Shown: positions 39,597-50,704, numbered from the stretch's first letter. The stretch is DNA of 64,000 nt from an uncultured Desulfosarcina sp. (GCA_963674945.2 CAXXWQ010000004.1:800001-864000); one strand, 5' to 3'. The notes: generated from the letters alone by a model not told the origin. Numbers and translations are program-made.

Positions 39597-40557
39597 ATTT
39601 GGAGCACAGAAAGAAGGAACTTATTGAACTTTGAAGCTTTTAACTTTCATCCTCTGATTTCTGCATGCATTGCCGCAGCAGGCTACAAAAATCCTACCCC
39701 TATTCAAGCACGAGTTATTCCGTATATACAAAACGGCTGTGATGTGATGGGGCTGGCACAAACCGGCACCGGCAAGACAGCAGCTTTTGTTCTGCCGATT
39801 CTCAACCGGTTAGTAAAAAGCAACCAAGGGCCCATTCGGACCCTGATTATCGCACCGACTCGTGAGTTGGCTGAACAAATACATCAAACAGTTGAAGTTC
39901 TTGGACGTCGGACACGTATTAGAAGCGTTGCTATCTACGGAGGCGTAGGAATCCATCAGCAGATTCAGAAAGTGAAACGGGCAGATGTTGTTGTTGCTTG
40001 TCCTGGTCGTCTTCTCGATCATATTCGACGCCAAAGCATCGACCTTTCACAACTGGAAACGTTGGTTTTGGATGAAGCCGACCATATGCTGGATATGGGG
40101 TTTTTACCGGATATAAGGCAAATTCTCAAACATATTCCCGAAAAACGTCAGACACTTGTCTTCTCAGCAACCATGCCACCCGAAATTCGACGATTGTCCG
40201 GAAGCATTCTGAATGATCCCGCCATCGCCCAAGTTGGTGCCACCGCCCCTGCAGATACGGTCAGCCATGCATTTTTCCCGGTAGCTCAGCATTTAAAAAC
40301 AGCACTGCTGCTAACTCTGCTTGAAAACACAGATACGAAATCGGTCCTTGTTTTTACCAGAACAAAACATCGTGCCAAAAACTTAGGCAAAAAGCTCTCA
40401 ACTGCAGGATACGCATCGGCAGCACTTCAGGGGAATCTCTCCCAGTCCCGCAGGCAGGCTTCACTTGATGGTTTTCGCGACGGGAAATTCAAGATCTTGG
40501 TAGCCACCGATATCGCAGCACGTGGTATAGATGTGACTAGGATTTCACATGTTATTA

Positions 40558-42308
40558 CCTGAATTTTGCACGCAATTAGCTTTAATTGGCCACGGTGGCC
40601 AATTTTTTCAAAATGACGAAGAGTTCGTTTTCTACTCTAACACATGATCGTTGCCTTTAGTGTGAAGTATACGGTTTGCACGTGTTTCGTTTAACTGCCC
40701 ATATACAAAGGAAATTGTCGTGAAAAAAAATTCTTGCATGATATTTTCCCGAGTTACGCAGACGTTCAACATGCCACTTGTCTCCACGGCTTCGGTTTCA
40801 ATCGCGCTTGATCCAGGAAGTCGAGAAAATGGATCATCGCGGGCGTTCTCGCATCGTGTACGGAGAACTTGACCTTGTCACGGTTTTGATCTTTGACAAC
40901 TTTTGCGGCAATGAAAAGCAGCTTCAACCTGGCGATCCGGATTGTATTGGATGCCACCGTTTTTAAATGCGGCATCTTTTTTCTGTCCTGGCTCATGGCG
41001 GCAAGCATCTTGATGTAACGCCAAATGTTATACGACAGCACTACAAGTTGAAAGAACGCATAATTGTTTTTGAACTTTGCTGATGGGATGGCCTCAAGCC
41101 CTTCACGTTTGGCCTCACCCACCAGGTTTTCAACGTCAGCGCGTTTATCATACTTGCTGACCACCTCATGGGCCGGCCCTGAAAGGTTCGTGCAGAATAT
41201 CCGGTATGTATAGTTGTCGTCTTCAAAGAGTAGGCATTGCACTTGCTGGTTTGAAGTTGATTTGGCTTTCGGTATACGCATGGCCACAAACCGGCACGGG
41301 GTATCCCAACCAAGGGGCTGATAGACGCAGCTGTTATACTCAACATCCTTGCGTTTCCAGGGCCGATACCAACCTCTCGGATCAAAGGGCGGGTCGCATC
41401 TCTTGTTGGCGATGATGAAGTCATAGCCGCAGTGTCTTGCAGTCTGGACACTTTCCCAGCTCAGGAACTCTCCATCGGCCCGCAGCAGGACTTGGCGAAC
41501 ACAACCGGGTAAATGGGATTTTGTCTGGAGGATAAAGGCAGCGGTCTGTTTGCCACTGAGTGTTTCACCTTTTCGAAGCTTTCCGATAAGACACTCCCGG
41601 GTCTGCTCAATGAAGCACAGCACCGGACGGTAACCTTTCTTTCCCCGGTTTTTGGTGTTATGGCCTTTCCTGCCTCCTTGCTGATTGCCGTACAGCGTCT
41701 CGACGGTGGTGTCGATATCGATGCATATCCGGTAATAATTGAAACCCAGTTGTTGCCACACCCGTTCTCGCAGAATGCTCATGAGCTTCTGAAGGGACTG
41801 GGCTTGGTTAATTCCCAAGCTGTCAAGGTATCGCCAGAAGGTGCTCGACACCGGCAACTTTGTCAGTCGGAAAAATCCACACAGCATGGCATCGAGTCGG
41901 ATGTAGGTAAAATGCCAGATTCTGTTAAAGCCTATAAACAGTAGCATCAGAAGTCCTGCCACCATCGAATAGTGGCCCAGCTTTGGCTGCCGGACAGGCG
42001 CATGATAGGTGGAGTTAAATATTTGTTTGAAATCGATCAAATCGAAAAATTTGATCATCGCTAAAAGCCCGCCAAATGGACTTAGTTGCTCGCTGCATGT
42101 CTCATGCGGCGTAGAAGCGTTGATTTTTCTGGCCTTGGCAGCGTTTTTCTTAAACCCTTTGTTCTTGCGGTTTTTACGGCTTTTTGATTTACTTGATTTT
42201 ACCATCTGGGTACCTCCTGTTTTTATTGTGGAAGCATGTCACCTCCCTTTATAACAGGATTCCCAGATGGTTTCTTCCTTATTTATGATTCGTCGTGCAA
42301 AATTTAGG
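40558..42308 (-). mobile_element. IS1380-family element (1751 bp), different from the one at 8 kb
   Basis: IRs CCTGAATTTTGCACG / CCTAAATTTTGCACG; 5-bp TSD TATTA at 40553-40557 and 42309-42313. Confidence 0.92.
40766..42205 (-). CDS. IS1380-family transposase
   Basis: IDIDTTV, GYRP, LRADGEF, YDKRADVENLVGEAK. Confidence 0.9.
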   Translation of the reverse strand: MVKSSKSKSRKNRKNKGFKKNAAKARKINASTPHETCSEQLSPFGGLLAMIKFFDLIDFKQIFNSTYHAPVRQPKLGHYSMVAGLLMLLFIGFNRIWHFTYIRLDAMLCGFFRLTKLPVSSTFWRYLDSLGINQAQSLQKLMSILRERVWQQLGFNYYRICIDIDTTVETLYGNQQGGRKGHNTKNRGKKGYRPVLCFIEQTRECLIGKLRKGETLSGKQTAAFILQTKSHLPGCVRQVLLRADGEFLSWESVQTARHCGYDFIIANKRCDPPFDPRGWYRPWKRKDVEYNSCVYQPLGWDTPCRFVAMRIPKAKSTSNQQVQCLLFEDDNYTYRIFCTNLSGPAHEVVSKYDKRADVENLVGEAKREGLEAIPSAKFKNNYAFFQLVVLSYNIWRYIKMLAAMSQDRKKMPHLKTVASNTIRIARLKLLFIAAKVVKDQNRDKVKFSVHDARTPAMIHFLDFLDQARLKPKPWRQVAC

Positions 42309-42678
42309 TATTAACTATGACATCCCTTCCACACCAGATGCATATATCCACCGAATAGGACGAACAGGCCGCGCAACTTGCAGCGGCGAAGCGTTTACTT
42401 TCATTACCGATGAAGATAAAAAAATAGTTCATGCAATTCGTCGAGCAATTGGTTCTAAAATCGAGCAAAGAATTTTACCAACGATTAATTACGGTGGAGC
42501 ATCATCCAATTATGTTTGTTGCTCGCAGGAAAATAAAAAAACCGCATCGAAATTTTGTAATGGAAGAAAAAAACATAATAGAAGAATATCGGCGGCGAGA
42601 AAACTTGCATAGGCAGCAAATATTGCATCGATCAAATATTTAACTTGCTTAATATGCAAAACAGGTTATTATTGAGGT

Positions 42679-42807
42679 ATTCAATCAAGTCCTGTCTATA
42701 TTTATTTCACTTCAGGGCGGCTCCTCTCTGCAGGTTAATACCATTTGCCAAAATGGAACCCTCCAGTCAGTGACATTGAAAATAGTATAAGAAAGGAGGA
42801 TGCTATC
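42679..42807 (+). promoter_or_regulatory. Conserved csp 5' leader, copy 3
   Basis: TATTCAATCAAGTCCTG...CTTCAGG...CCATT..AAAATGG.ACCCTCCAGT...GACATTGAAAAT...AAGAAAGGAGGATGCTATC-ATG, shared with copy 2. Confidence 0.65.
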
Positions 42808-43008
42808 ATGGCCAATGGAACAGTTAAGTGGTTCAACGACTCTAAAGGATTCGGATTCATTGAGCAGGAAGATGGTGCCGATGTGTTTGTTCACCATTCA
42901 GCCATCAATGCGACAGGCTTCAAATCCCTCAACGAAGGTGACCGAGTAACCTTTGATGTAGAGCAAGGACCTAAGGGCCCTTCAGCCAAAAATGTTACCG
43001 CCGCATAG
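42808..43008 (+). CDS. csp: Cold-shock protein (copy 3)
   Basis: 66 aa, [18 protein letters not shown]...VFVHHSAI. Confidence 0.97.
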   Translation: MANGTVKWFNDSKGFGFIEQEDGADVFVHHSAINATGFKSLNEGDRVTFDVEQGPKGPSAKNVTAA

Positions 43009-43030
43009 GCGCGATAGCTGTTATTCGATC

Positions 43031-43060
43031 CGGCATCCCCTTGTAGTCCGAGGGGATGCC
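43031..43060 (+). terminator. Hairpin after csp copy 3
   Basis: GGCATCCCCT...AGGGGATGCC stem; weak U tract. Confidence 0.5.
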
Positions 43061-43306
43061 ATCGGCTTTACACCGATCAATTATCCACACGTCCAAAAGT
43101 ATATTTGTGGTTAGCGGTCTCATCGTCGACGTACCTGCCTCGGTTTAAAATGAACTGCCCCGCCGTAATCGGACCGTGTATCAACGAATGATTGAGTTTA
43201 AACAATTTTATCGGCGCAAGCGGCGGGGTATTAGACCCAATGCTCCGCAATGAACACAAAATTCCCGTCGTTTAAAGATTGAAACGATACAGTATAATGG
43301 ATAGAC

Positions 43307-43669
43307 ATGAAAAAGGTCGTAGAAAAATTAAGGGCAGAAAAAGCGGTGATCAAATTGAAGAGATCTGAAATGCTGGATCGCCAATCCGAAGGTATCAATA
43401 AAGCTTATGAAACGGGGAAGCGGATTGCGGAAAAATGGGTTCGCAAGGCATCTTACCAGGAGCTCAAGGATGCTGTTAAGCGCCCCAACGCCAAGCATGA
43501 TGCGAACTATTTTTCTCATATGAGGAGTATTTATTTCACCTCACTTGAAAAGATATGTCCAGAAGAGTCAAAGCGATTCAAATGGGTCCACAATGACGCA
43601 TTCGTGAATGGTTGGCGTGAAGAAGTCAACAATATCTGGGAGTCAATTAGGGATGAAATCAATCGATAG
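43307..43669 (+). CDS. Hypothetical protein
   Basis: 120-aa ORF, no recognised motif. Confidence 0.6.
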   Translation: MKKVVEKLRAEKAVIKLKRSEMLDRQSEGINKAYETGKRIAEKWVRKASYQELKDAVKRPNAKHDANYFSHMRSIYFTSLEKICPEESKRFKWVHNDAFVNGWREEVNNIWESIRDEINR

Positions 43670-43800
43670 TTTTCTTTGAAAAACGATCAAAACGGACAGA
43701 CCACTACTATTTTCGATTCACACGAAAACAACAATCCGGCAGATTTCTTCCGCAATTATCTATGCCCGTCAGAAAGGCTTATCCAACTAAGAATAATTCT

Positions 43801-45207
43801 ATGAAATATATACCGTTTACACGGAAAAATTACAAAAAGATAGAGCAGGTAAGAAGACTGGAAAAAACTACTATCTCCGATATCGATGTCGTTTCTAGAG
43901 TATTACCCTTTAAGACCAACAATTATGTGGTTGATGAATTAATCGATTGGGACAATGTCGAGCATGATCCTTTGTTCATGATCAACTTTCCGCACAAAGA
44001 ACTGATTTCCCAAAGGAACTTCGATATCGTCTCCAGCGTTTTAAAAAACGATACGAACAAATCCCTCATCAATCGGACGATTAAAAGAATTCGGCTTGGG
44101 CTTAATCCGCACCCGGCCGGTCAACTTGAATGCAATATTCCTGAATTGGATGGGAATCGAGTCGATGGCATCCAGCATAAATACAGGGAAACCGTGTTGC
44201 TCTTTCCGGCCCAGGGGCAGACCTGCCATGCCTACTGCACATTCTGTTTCCGATGGCCGCAGTTTGTCGGAATGAATGATCATAAGATCGCATTGAAGCA
44301 AGCTGCATTATCTGCATTGTATCTCAGCAGGCATCGTGAAGTTACCGATGTGCTTCTTACCGGTGGAGATCCCATGGTAATGAAGGCTAAACTGCTGGAA
44401 ACATACATCGATGGCCTGCTGGATTCGGGATTGCCTAATCTAAAAACAATACGAATCGGGACAAAGTCCCTCTCTTTCTGGCCCTACAGATACCTGACTG
44501 ACGAAGATTCAGATAAGATTTTGGAACTTTTTAGAAAAGTGGTCGATTCTGGAATTCATCTTTCCATCATGGCGCATATCAATCATCATCGCGAGATGTC
44601 CACCGTTGCCTTTCGTGAGGCAGTGAAACGCATCAGGCAAACCGGCGCCGTAATCAGAGCGCAATCCCCGCTGCTCAATCATGTAAACGCCACACCAGCT
44701 GTCTGGAAAAAAATGTGGGAGGACCAGGTGAACATGGGCATCATTCCATATTATATGTTTGTACCCAGAAATACTGGTTCCCACAGGTTTTTTTCCATTC
44801 CTTTGGTTGATGCATATCATATATTTAGAAAGGCCTTTAGTCAGGTAAGCGGAATGGCAAGGACGGTCAGGGGACCGAGTATGTCAGCACGCCACGGGAA
44901 GATTAAAATCGATGGAATTCCTGAAATAAACGGAAGAAAGTATATCTCCATGTCTTTCATCCAAGGCCGATCCGTCGACTGGGTGAAAAAACCATTTTTC
45001 GCTGAATTTGATGAAAATGCACGTTGGATTGACGAATTGAGGCCTGCCTTCGGAGATAAAGCTTTCTTTTTTGATGAGAAGGAATCCGACTTCAGAATAA
45101 GTGACAATTTCGATGCTGCGACAACAAACGTTCCTGCTGTGGTGCGGCAGGCCTTTTTTGACAAGAAGCGTTTGGACGAACAAATGGCAGTTCACCTACG
45201 GCATTGA
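43801..45207 (+). CDS. KamA/lysine 2,3-aminomutase-family radical SAM enzyme
   Basis: HKYRETVL, CHAYCTFCFR (CxxxCxxC), LTGGDPM, IRIGTK, IPYYMF. Confidence 0.88.
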   Translation: MKYIPFTRKNYKKIEQVRRLEKTTISDIDVVSRVLPFKTNNYVVDELIDWDNVEHDPLFMINFPHKELISQRNFDIVSSVLKNDTNKSLINRTIKRIRLGLNPHPAGQLECNIPELDGNRVDGIQHKYRETVLLFPAQGQTCHAYCTFCFRWPQFVGMNDHKIALKQAALSALYLSRHREVTDVLLTGGDPMVMKAKLLETYIDGLLDSGLPNLKTIRIGTKSLSFWPYRYLTDEDSDKILELFRKVVDSGIHLSIMAHINHHREMSTVAFREAVKRIRQTGAVIRAQSPLLNHVNATPAVWKKMWEDQVNMGIIPYYMFVPRNTGSHRFFSIPLVDAYHIFRKAFSQVSGMARTVRGPSMSARHGKIKIDGIPEINGRKYISMSFIQGRSVDWVKKPFFAEFDENARWIDELRPAFGDKAFFFDEKESDFRISDNFDAATTNVPAVVRQAFFDKKRLDEQMAVHLRH

Positions 45208-45224
45208 ATGGTCGTTGAATAAAA

Positions 45225-46292
45225 ATGAAGCTTGTTCCCTCCATAGAAAATAGCCTTTCCAAACTCAACCGTTTAAATCCCAATTTGGCAGATGAAGTGA
45301 AGAAGCTTCCAGAGATTAGGAAGTTCAGAACCGAATCTTCACGTATAGCCCTTAGCAACCTGCTCAAAATCTACCAGTTCGTCCCCAATAGATTTAATCG
45401 AATTTTTAAAAAAATGGATGAGATAGGCATGCCGGCGCAACGGAAATATTGTTCCCCTCTGCAAGCATTGTTCTGGCTGATCCAAGACGAAAAGATGGGT
45501 GCTTCCGGCAGACTCTTGGGCCTTAAAATTGAAAAAAGAACCGGCGAAAAGGGTGAATGCAGACCCCATCTAATCACAAAATTGGAATCCAGGAAGGAAC
45601 AAAGCGATTCGACCAGGTACTACCAGCATTATACTATAGAAAAAATCCTTAATGCGGCATGGAATGAGGAGAGCCTGTTGATGCAACGCTCAAACATCCA
45701 CCTGATTATTAACAGAATTCAGACTCAATCAGAGACAGAAGAATATGCGCTTCTCGTAAAACGGCATGATGACCTGCACCTCCAGAGCTACATCATGGAT
45801 GATTTCATGAGGAAGCGAAAGATTTTCAACGCGAATGATTGGCCACAAATCGAAACTGCTATTGATCAATCCCGCTGGAAGGTATTTCGTACGGTTGCCG
45901 ATCGGTTGAACTCCCCGGAACTTGTCAGCTATTACATTAACAAGTATTTTTCTTTTCGCAAAACCCCAGCCAGCGGAGTCTACGTTACCTTCTTCGACAA
46001 GAAGGCTCAGTGCACGGACGCGGCATATTTCGCACAGTTCATGCTAAAGCGTTCCGGTTATAAAACTTTTATGAGAAGTGTAAAATGGGATGATGATCCC
46101 TGGGATGGGCTTCATACCGGTGCAGGTATCATCCTCGAAGATGGACGATACCTCCTGGTTTCAAGCTATACTGGAATCAATTCGATGTCGGGCCCCTTCG
46201 CAAGCCTCGAAAGCTTGGACCAAAAGCTTTCATGTGGCAGGAAAATTATTGGTAGTAAATGGGGAGCATATTATCCACCACGATACTATTAA
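45225..46292 (+). CDS. Hypothetical protein with possible transglutaminase-like C-terminal domain
   Basis: AQCTDAAYF...L..SGY...HTGA pattern suggests a Cys-His dyad. Confidence 0.55.
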   Translation: MKLVPSIENSLSKLNRLNPNLADEVKKLPEIRKFRTESSRIALSNLLKIYQFVPNRFNRIFKKMDEIGMPAQRKYCSPLQALFWLIQDEKMGASGRLLGLKIEKRTGEKGECRPHLITKLESRKEQSDSTRYYQHYTIEKILNAAWNEESLLMQRSNIHLIINRIQTQSETEEYALLVKRHDDLHLQSYIMDDFMRKRKIFNANDWPQIETAIDQSRWKVFRTVADRLNSPELVSYYINKYFSFRKTPASGVYVTFFDKKAQCTDAAYFAQFMLKRSGYKTFMRSVKWDDDPWDGLHTGAGIILEDGRYLLVSSYTGINSMSGPFASLESLDQKLSCGRKIIGSKWGAYYPPRYY

Positions 46293-46585
46293 GAGATAGC
46301 CAGATCGTAACACACGATTCCCTGAACGCCGGGTTACTGATATCGCAAGGTTCGCCATAATTCGGGATTTGCTGATATCCAATAGATACTTTTCTACAAC
46401 TCAAAATGATGAATCCCATACCAAGCAACATAACGACCATTAATGCTTGGTCATGGAAAGATAAAAAGGGTGAGGATTACCTAAAGCAATCCTCGCCCTT
46501 TCCATTGGTTATCCGGACACCTTCGATACGTTCTGTTGTTCATCAACATATGGTAAGGATAAATGAGCTCCTTAATACTTTTTAT

Positions 46586-46985
46586 GGCTGTAAACTATTC
46601 TCAGTCTGTTTCCGGTATGATAAATGAAATCAAATTGTTAATGGAGGATTTCATTATGAAAACACCCCAAATAAGTTTACTTGAATGGCAACGGCGATAT
46701 GGCACGGAAGAAGCTTGCGCCAAAACGCTATTCAAGCATCGGTGGCCCAATGGCTTCATCTGTCCAAAATGTGGCCATGATTCTGCATGGTTCATAACCA
46801 CTCGAAGAGTTTATCAATGCTCTGGATGCAGGCATCAAGTCTCTGTTACGGCCGGGACCCTGCTTCATTCCACAAATCTTCCTCTGGTTAAATGGTTCTG
46901 GGCAATCTACTTTGTTTCCTCTGACAAAGACGGTATTTCCGCTCTTCGTCTCTCTAAGCATATCGGAGTATCGTGGCCAACCGCC
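46586..46985 (+). pseudogene. IS1595-family element, left end and 5' part of transposase only
   Basis: From ATG 46657: RWPNGFICPKC...YQCSGCRHQVSVTAGT...GISALRL...VSWPTA, then runs into the antisense of the next gene; no DDE core; left boundary approximate. Confidence 0.8.
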
Positions 46986-47374
46986 GCGCAACCGCTATTG
47001 GCGCGAAAGGTGCGGTAATTGCCCTTTCGGTCCAATTGAATCAGGCCAAATTTTTCTGCGCCGATGTTCAGGATAGACCGGGCCTGGGGATAATAGCGTC
47101 GGGCAGCGGCCATGATGGCGACCCGATTGTCATAGCGATGGAGAACCTTGACGGTGGATGGGGTGGAGGTTGTGGCCGCGATCCTTTTGATACGGGGTAA
47201 GTCGAATTGGTTCAGCACCCGTTTCAGGTGATCATCAACCTGGCCGTGGTGAGAGCAATAAGTGGATTTAACACATTCGCCGTTCGGGTTGATCTCTGCT
47301 ACGGAAATGGCGGAAGAACCGATATCGATGCCTACTATATTATCACAGGAAACGTTCACAGGCTTATCATTCAT
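46980..47374 (-). pseudogene. CoA-substrate-specific enzyme activase (BadF/BcrA-like ASKHA ATPase), 5' fragment
   Basis: VGIDIGSSAIS, ILNIGAEKF, ANSGCAA, then truncated at the IS fragment. Confidence 0.75.
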
Positions 47375-47381
47375 TGGATCC

Positions 47382-48185
47382 CTAAACGTTGATGGCGCCA
47401 AATCCCACAAGCCGGTTTTGTTTTTCATCCCAAAGCTTGAGTCGGAGCGACCAGTAAACCCCCTCGAACTGATGCTGGACGTAAAATAACCAAACACCGC
47501 CAGCGCCGGCGACAACAAGTATGGGCAGTTGGATCAACAAGTAGGTCTGCCATCCGACAAACCAGGCGGCGATGATAAAGGTGAGTGCAATGCTTGCGTT
47601 GGTGATATGCAGGCTCTTGATCTGCCTGCGCCGATCACCCTTTCCAGGAAATCGATAGTCGACTAAAAAGAGATAGACCGGCCCGAAAATGAACATGATC
47701 AGCGGATTTCGATAAAGCCGGTAACGAATGCGTTTGAACAAGGACGCCTCCATATACTCTTCCACCGTTAGCGTCCACACATCGCCATGGCCTCGGCGGT
47801 CCAGATCACTGACCGTGTTGTGATGTATTCCGTGAGACCGGCGCCAACTCTCGTAAGGCGTAAAGGTCAGCACGCCGCAGATGTGCCCCAAAATCGTGTT
47901 TGCTCGACGTGATGCGAAAAAGCTCTGATGACAACAGTCGTGAAAAAAAATAAAGATTCTCACATACACACCAGCGGCGACCATCAGCAACCCCAGGTGA
48001 ATCCAAACACTATGAACCAAGCGAAGATTCAAGACCATCAGGCACCATAAAAGGCCATATAAAGAAAATGTATTGAATATCTGCCAAAGGGCTTTTCTGC
48101 GGTCCGGTCGTTGGAATACCAACAAGGTTTGGTACCATTGTGGTTTGCCTTTATTTTGGACGTTGGCGTTTGTATTTTCAGCCAT
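47382..48185 (-). pseudogene. Membrane fatty-acid desaturase (Bacillus Des-like) with in-frame internal deletion
   Basis: His boxes HDCCH and HGIHH present; after YVQHQFEGVYW it jumps to SLRLKLWDE; no third HHxHH box. Confidence 0.8.
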
Positions 48186-48758
48186 ACCGGCCTCCTTTCG
48201 CATTCAAGCCGGGTTCTGGGTTGTTTTTTGTTTCCAACCATAAAGATGTGGCGAAATCGGCTAAACTGGAGCCTTCAAAATGTGAGAATGTGGCTGATGG
48301 GTAGATGAGCATCAGCAGAGTGGTAGGTGTCGGATCGCGCTATTTTATGTGGACTAGTTTAGTTGATAGTCGATCGGGTGTCAAAGTTTTATATTCGCAT
48401 GGCTGTGTTAGGGCATGCGACGCGCATCCTAAGATAGGTGTTCGACCAGAAAGTACAGATTTTAAAAAGTAGTAGTGCCTCAGAAGAGAATAATCTCAAA
48501 GTGTCTCAGGTCGTCTTACTTAGAGGATGTGTTCCGGTTCTTAAAATTGCCAAAAGCACTTGCCGTGACATCATTATTCCAGCAATTAGGTTTCAGATGA
48601 TTTATCCCAGCATTTGACAAGGATTATTTGCCCAAGATATTATGAAGATATCACGAATTGAAGCCCAGTTTAATTCGCCGGGGGAATATGTAAATCTATA
48701 ATGTGGGCCACACAATTAGAATAGGGCTCCACCCCCATTCCTAATAACTCAAATTTTA

Positions 48759-48995
48759 ATGGAGCATGGGATGGTACACCAAACAAAAAATATGGATACC
48801 AATGACATTAATAAACAAAAATGCCCAAAATGCAAAAAGCAGGAAGGATTAGAAATCATCTATAGTGCATCAACAAGAGAAGAAACCGAACGCATTAAGA
48901 AAGGGATGGCAATACCTGGTGGCTTGCGGCCTGAAAGTGGTCCTGTGTTTAAATGGAACTGCAGCAACTGTGGATATGTTTGGGGCAAAGCATAA
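48759..48995 (+). CDS. Small zinc-ribbon protein
   Basis: CPKC...IIY...GG...WNCSNCGYVW. Confidence 0.65.
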   Translation: MEHGMVHQTKNMDTNDINKQKCPKCKKQEGLEIIYSASTREETERIKKGMAIPGGLRPESGPVFKWNCSNCGYVWGKA

Positions 48996-49503
48996 AAATT
49001 AAATTAAAAGAACGCTCCTATCGCTCCTGAATCATAAGATCTTTTTTAAAGATCAAAATTGTGGATTATCTCTATTGTAGATATAATTTCACTAAAATTC
49101 ATATGTTTGGATGTATCGCAAGTTGTACTGCATCCAAAACGACTATTTTGATGAGATACACGCATGTAAGCTTCACTGGGGGCACCTTGAGATTTTAGGC
49201 AGCGTTGAATTCTTCATTTCTAATACTTCCGTAAGCGTAGCCAACCTCCATTATTATACGAAAAACCAGTTTTTGCTTTAATTTCAATTTTTGCTATTGG
49301 GGATATTGATATCACTATGCAAACTGCATCTGCTACCTCCCGTTATCTATTGAACCATCACTGGCGATGATCCATAATTGAACGCACAAATTAATCGAAA
49401 AGGGGGAAGTCCCTTTACCCAATTTGATAGCAATCTGAATTCCGAGATTAGCTTGTCGGCCTTGATGCCAGGAATCAATTTGAGGATACCTAAAGGAATT
49501 GTC

Positions 49504-50160
49504 GTGTGTCCGATTCGTTCAAACCTCAAGCGTGAGCAGTCGCAGGGGGAAGAAATCGCCAATAGCATCAGCCATGGCATCGGTCTGATCGCCGCGCTGG
49601 CCGGGACACCTTTTCTCATCGTACATGCAGTTCAGCTCGGCGATGCGGGGTTCATCGTCGGCACAAGTCTCTTCTGTGCAACCATGATGCTTCTATATTT
49701 TGCCTCTACCCTCTACCATGCGTTGCCATCCGGTAAGGCCAAGCGCAGTTCACGGATTATAGAGCATTGCGCAATCTTCTTTCTTATCGCCGGCACATAC
49801 ACACCGCTGACACTGGGGGTGCTTCATGGTGCATTCGGTTGGACAGTTTTTGGTATTATTTGGGGGCTTGCCATCGCTGGCGTGGTTCTGAAGGCCTTTT
49901 TTAAAACCGGTCATCCCATTCTATCCACCGCCCTGTATTTGCTGATGGGGTGGCTTATCCTCATTGCGGTCAAACCGTTGTTTGACCGGATGCCAACTGC
50001 GGGCCTTTACTGGCTGATTGCAGGAGGCTTGTCCTACACCGCCGGCGTGGCCTTTTTTGCCACCGATTCGCGGATACCCTATGGCCATCTGATATGGCAT
50101 CTATTCGTTATCGCCGGAACCACATGTCACTACTTCCTAATCTTATGGTATGCGGCCTGA
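49504..50160 (+). CDS. Hemolysin III / PAQR family membrane protein (YqfA/TrhA-like)
   Basis: EEIANSISHG, STLYH, HCAIFFLIAGTYTP, HLIWHLFV; GTG start after AAAGGA. Confidence 0.92.
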   Translation: MCPIRSNLKREQSQGEEIANSISHGIGLIAALAGTPFLIVHAVQLGDAGFIVGTSLFCATMMLLYFASTLYHALPSGKAKRSSRIIEHCAIFFLIAGTYTPLTLGVLHGAFGWTVFGIIWGLAIAGVVLKAFFKTGHPILSTALYLLMGWLILIAVKPLFDRMPTAGLYWLIAGGLSYTAGVAFFATDSRIPYGHLIWHLFVIAGTTCHYFLILWYAA

Positions 50161-50402
50161 CAAACGATAGCTACTTTTTCCGATTCCAAATGTAGCCCAT
50201 TTCAATATCATCTGCGTGTAAGTGGCGGATCACCTCCCTAATCTCTTCCTTGAAATCGAGGGTAATATGCCTGTTTTTTCGGGCACCTCGATCTCGACCA
50301 AATTTCCCTGTTTCTGGATAGACGCTATTTAACATTGAGCGTTGTGATTTTTTAAACCTGACTATGGGCACTTGTGATTTAAACGCCATGAAACACATGG
50401 GC

Positions 50403-50547
50403 GGTCATATGCAACCATTGGTGAAATATGACCTTTTTGATGCATGCAACTATCTTATCAAAATTTGCAAAGCTATTAAATGAACACAATAAATCAACAT
50501 GTTGTGTGACGATTTCTCACATTTGGGTAACTGGCACAAGGATTGTA
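50403..50547 (+). promoter_or_regulatory. Sigma54-type promoter with IHF site and candidate upstream activator palindrome
   Basis: TGGCAC-N5-TTGT (50532-50546), AATCAACATGTTG matching WATCAANNNNTTR (50492-50504), GGTCATAT-N15-ATATGACC (50403-50433). Confidence 0.6.
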
Positions 50548-50704
50548 TAGACATTGTTTATTAAAAACAGTGTCAACAGGCTCAAAGGCAAGTATCCTCT
50601 GCAAGCCTCACACCGTTGCCTACAAGTAGGTTCCATTCGTATCGTAAAAACGGAAATGAAGCAGAATAATTAGTCCCACCAATGTGTATTAAGGAGAAAG
50701 CGAA

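Larger units (their letters stand above)
39624..42612 (+). pseudogene. rhlE: DEAD-box RNA helicase (RhlE-like) interrupted by IS1380
   Basis: Q motif PTPIQ, AQTGTGKT, PTRELA, LDEADHM, SAT, ATDIAARGID; IS excision restores HVINYDIP...[11 protein letters not shown]. Confidence 0.92.

Noticed and set aside
43801..45207. Calling the KamA-family gene epmB or kamA
   Set aside because: No efp/epmA or lysine-fermentation genes nearby; substrate cannot be read from the sequence
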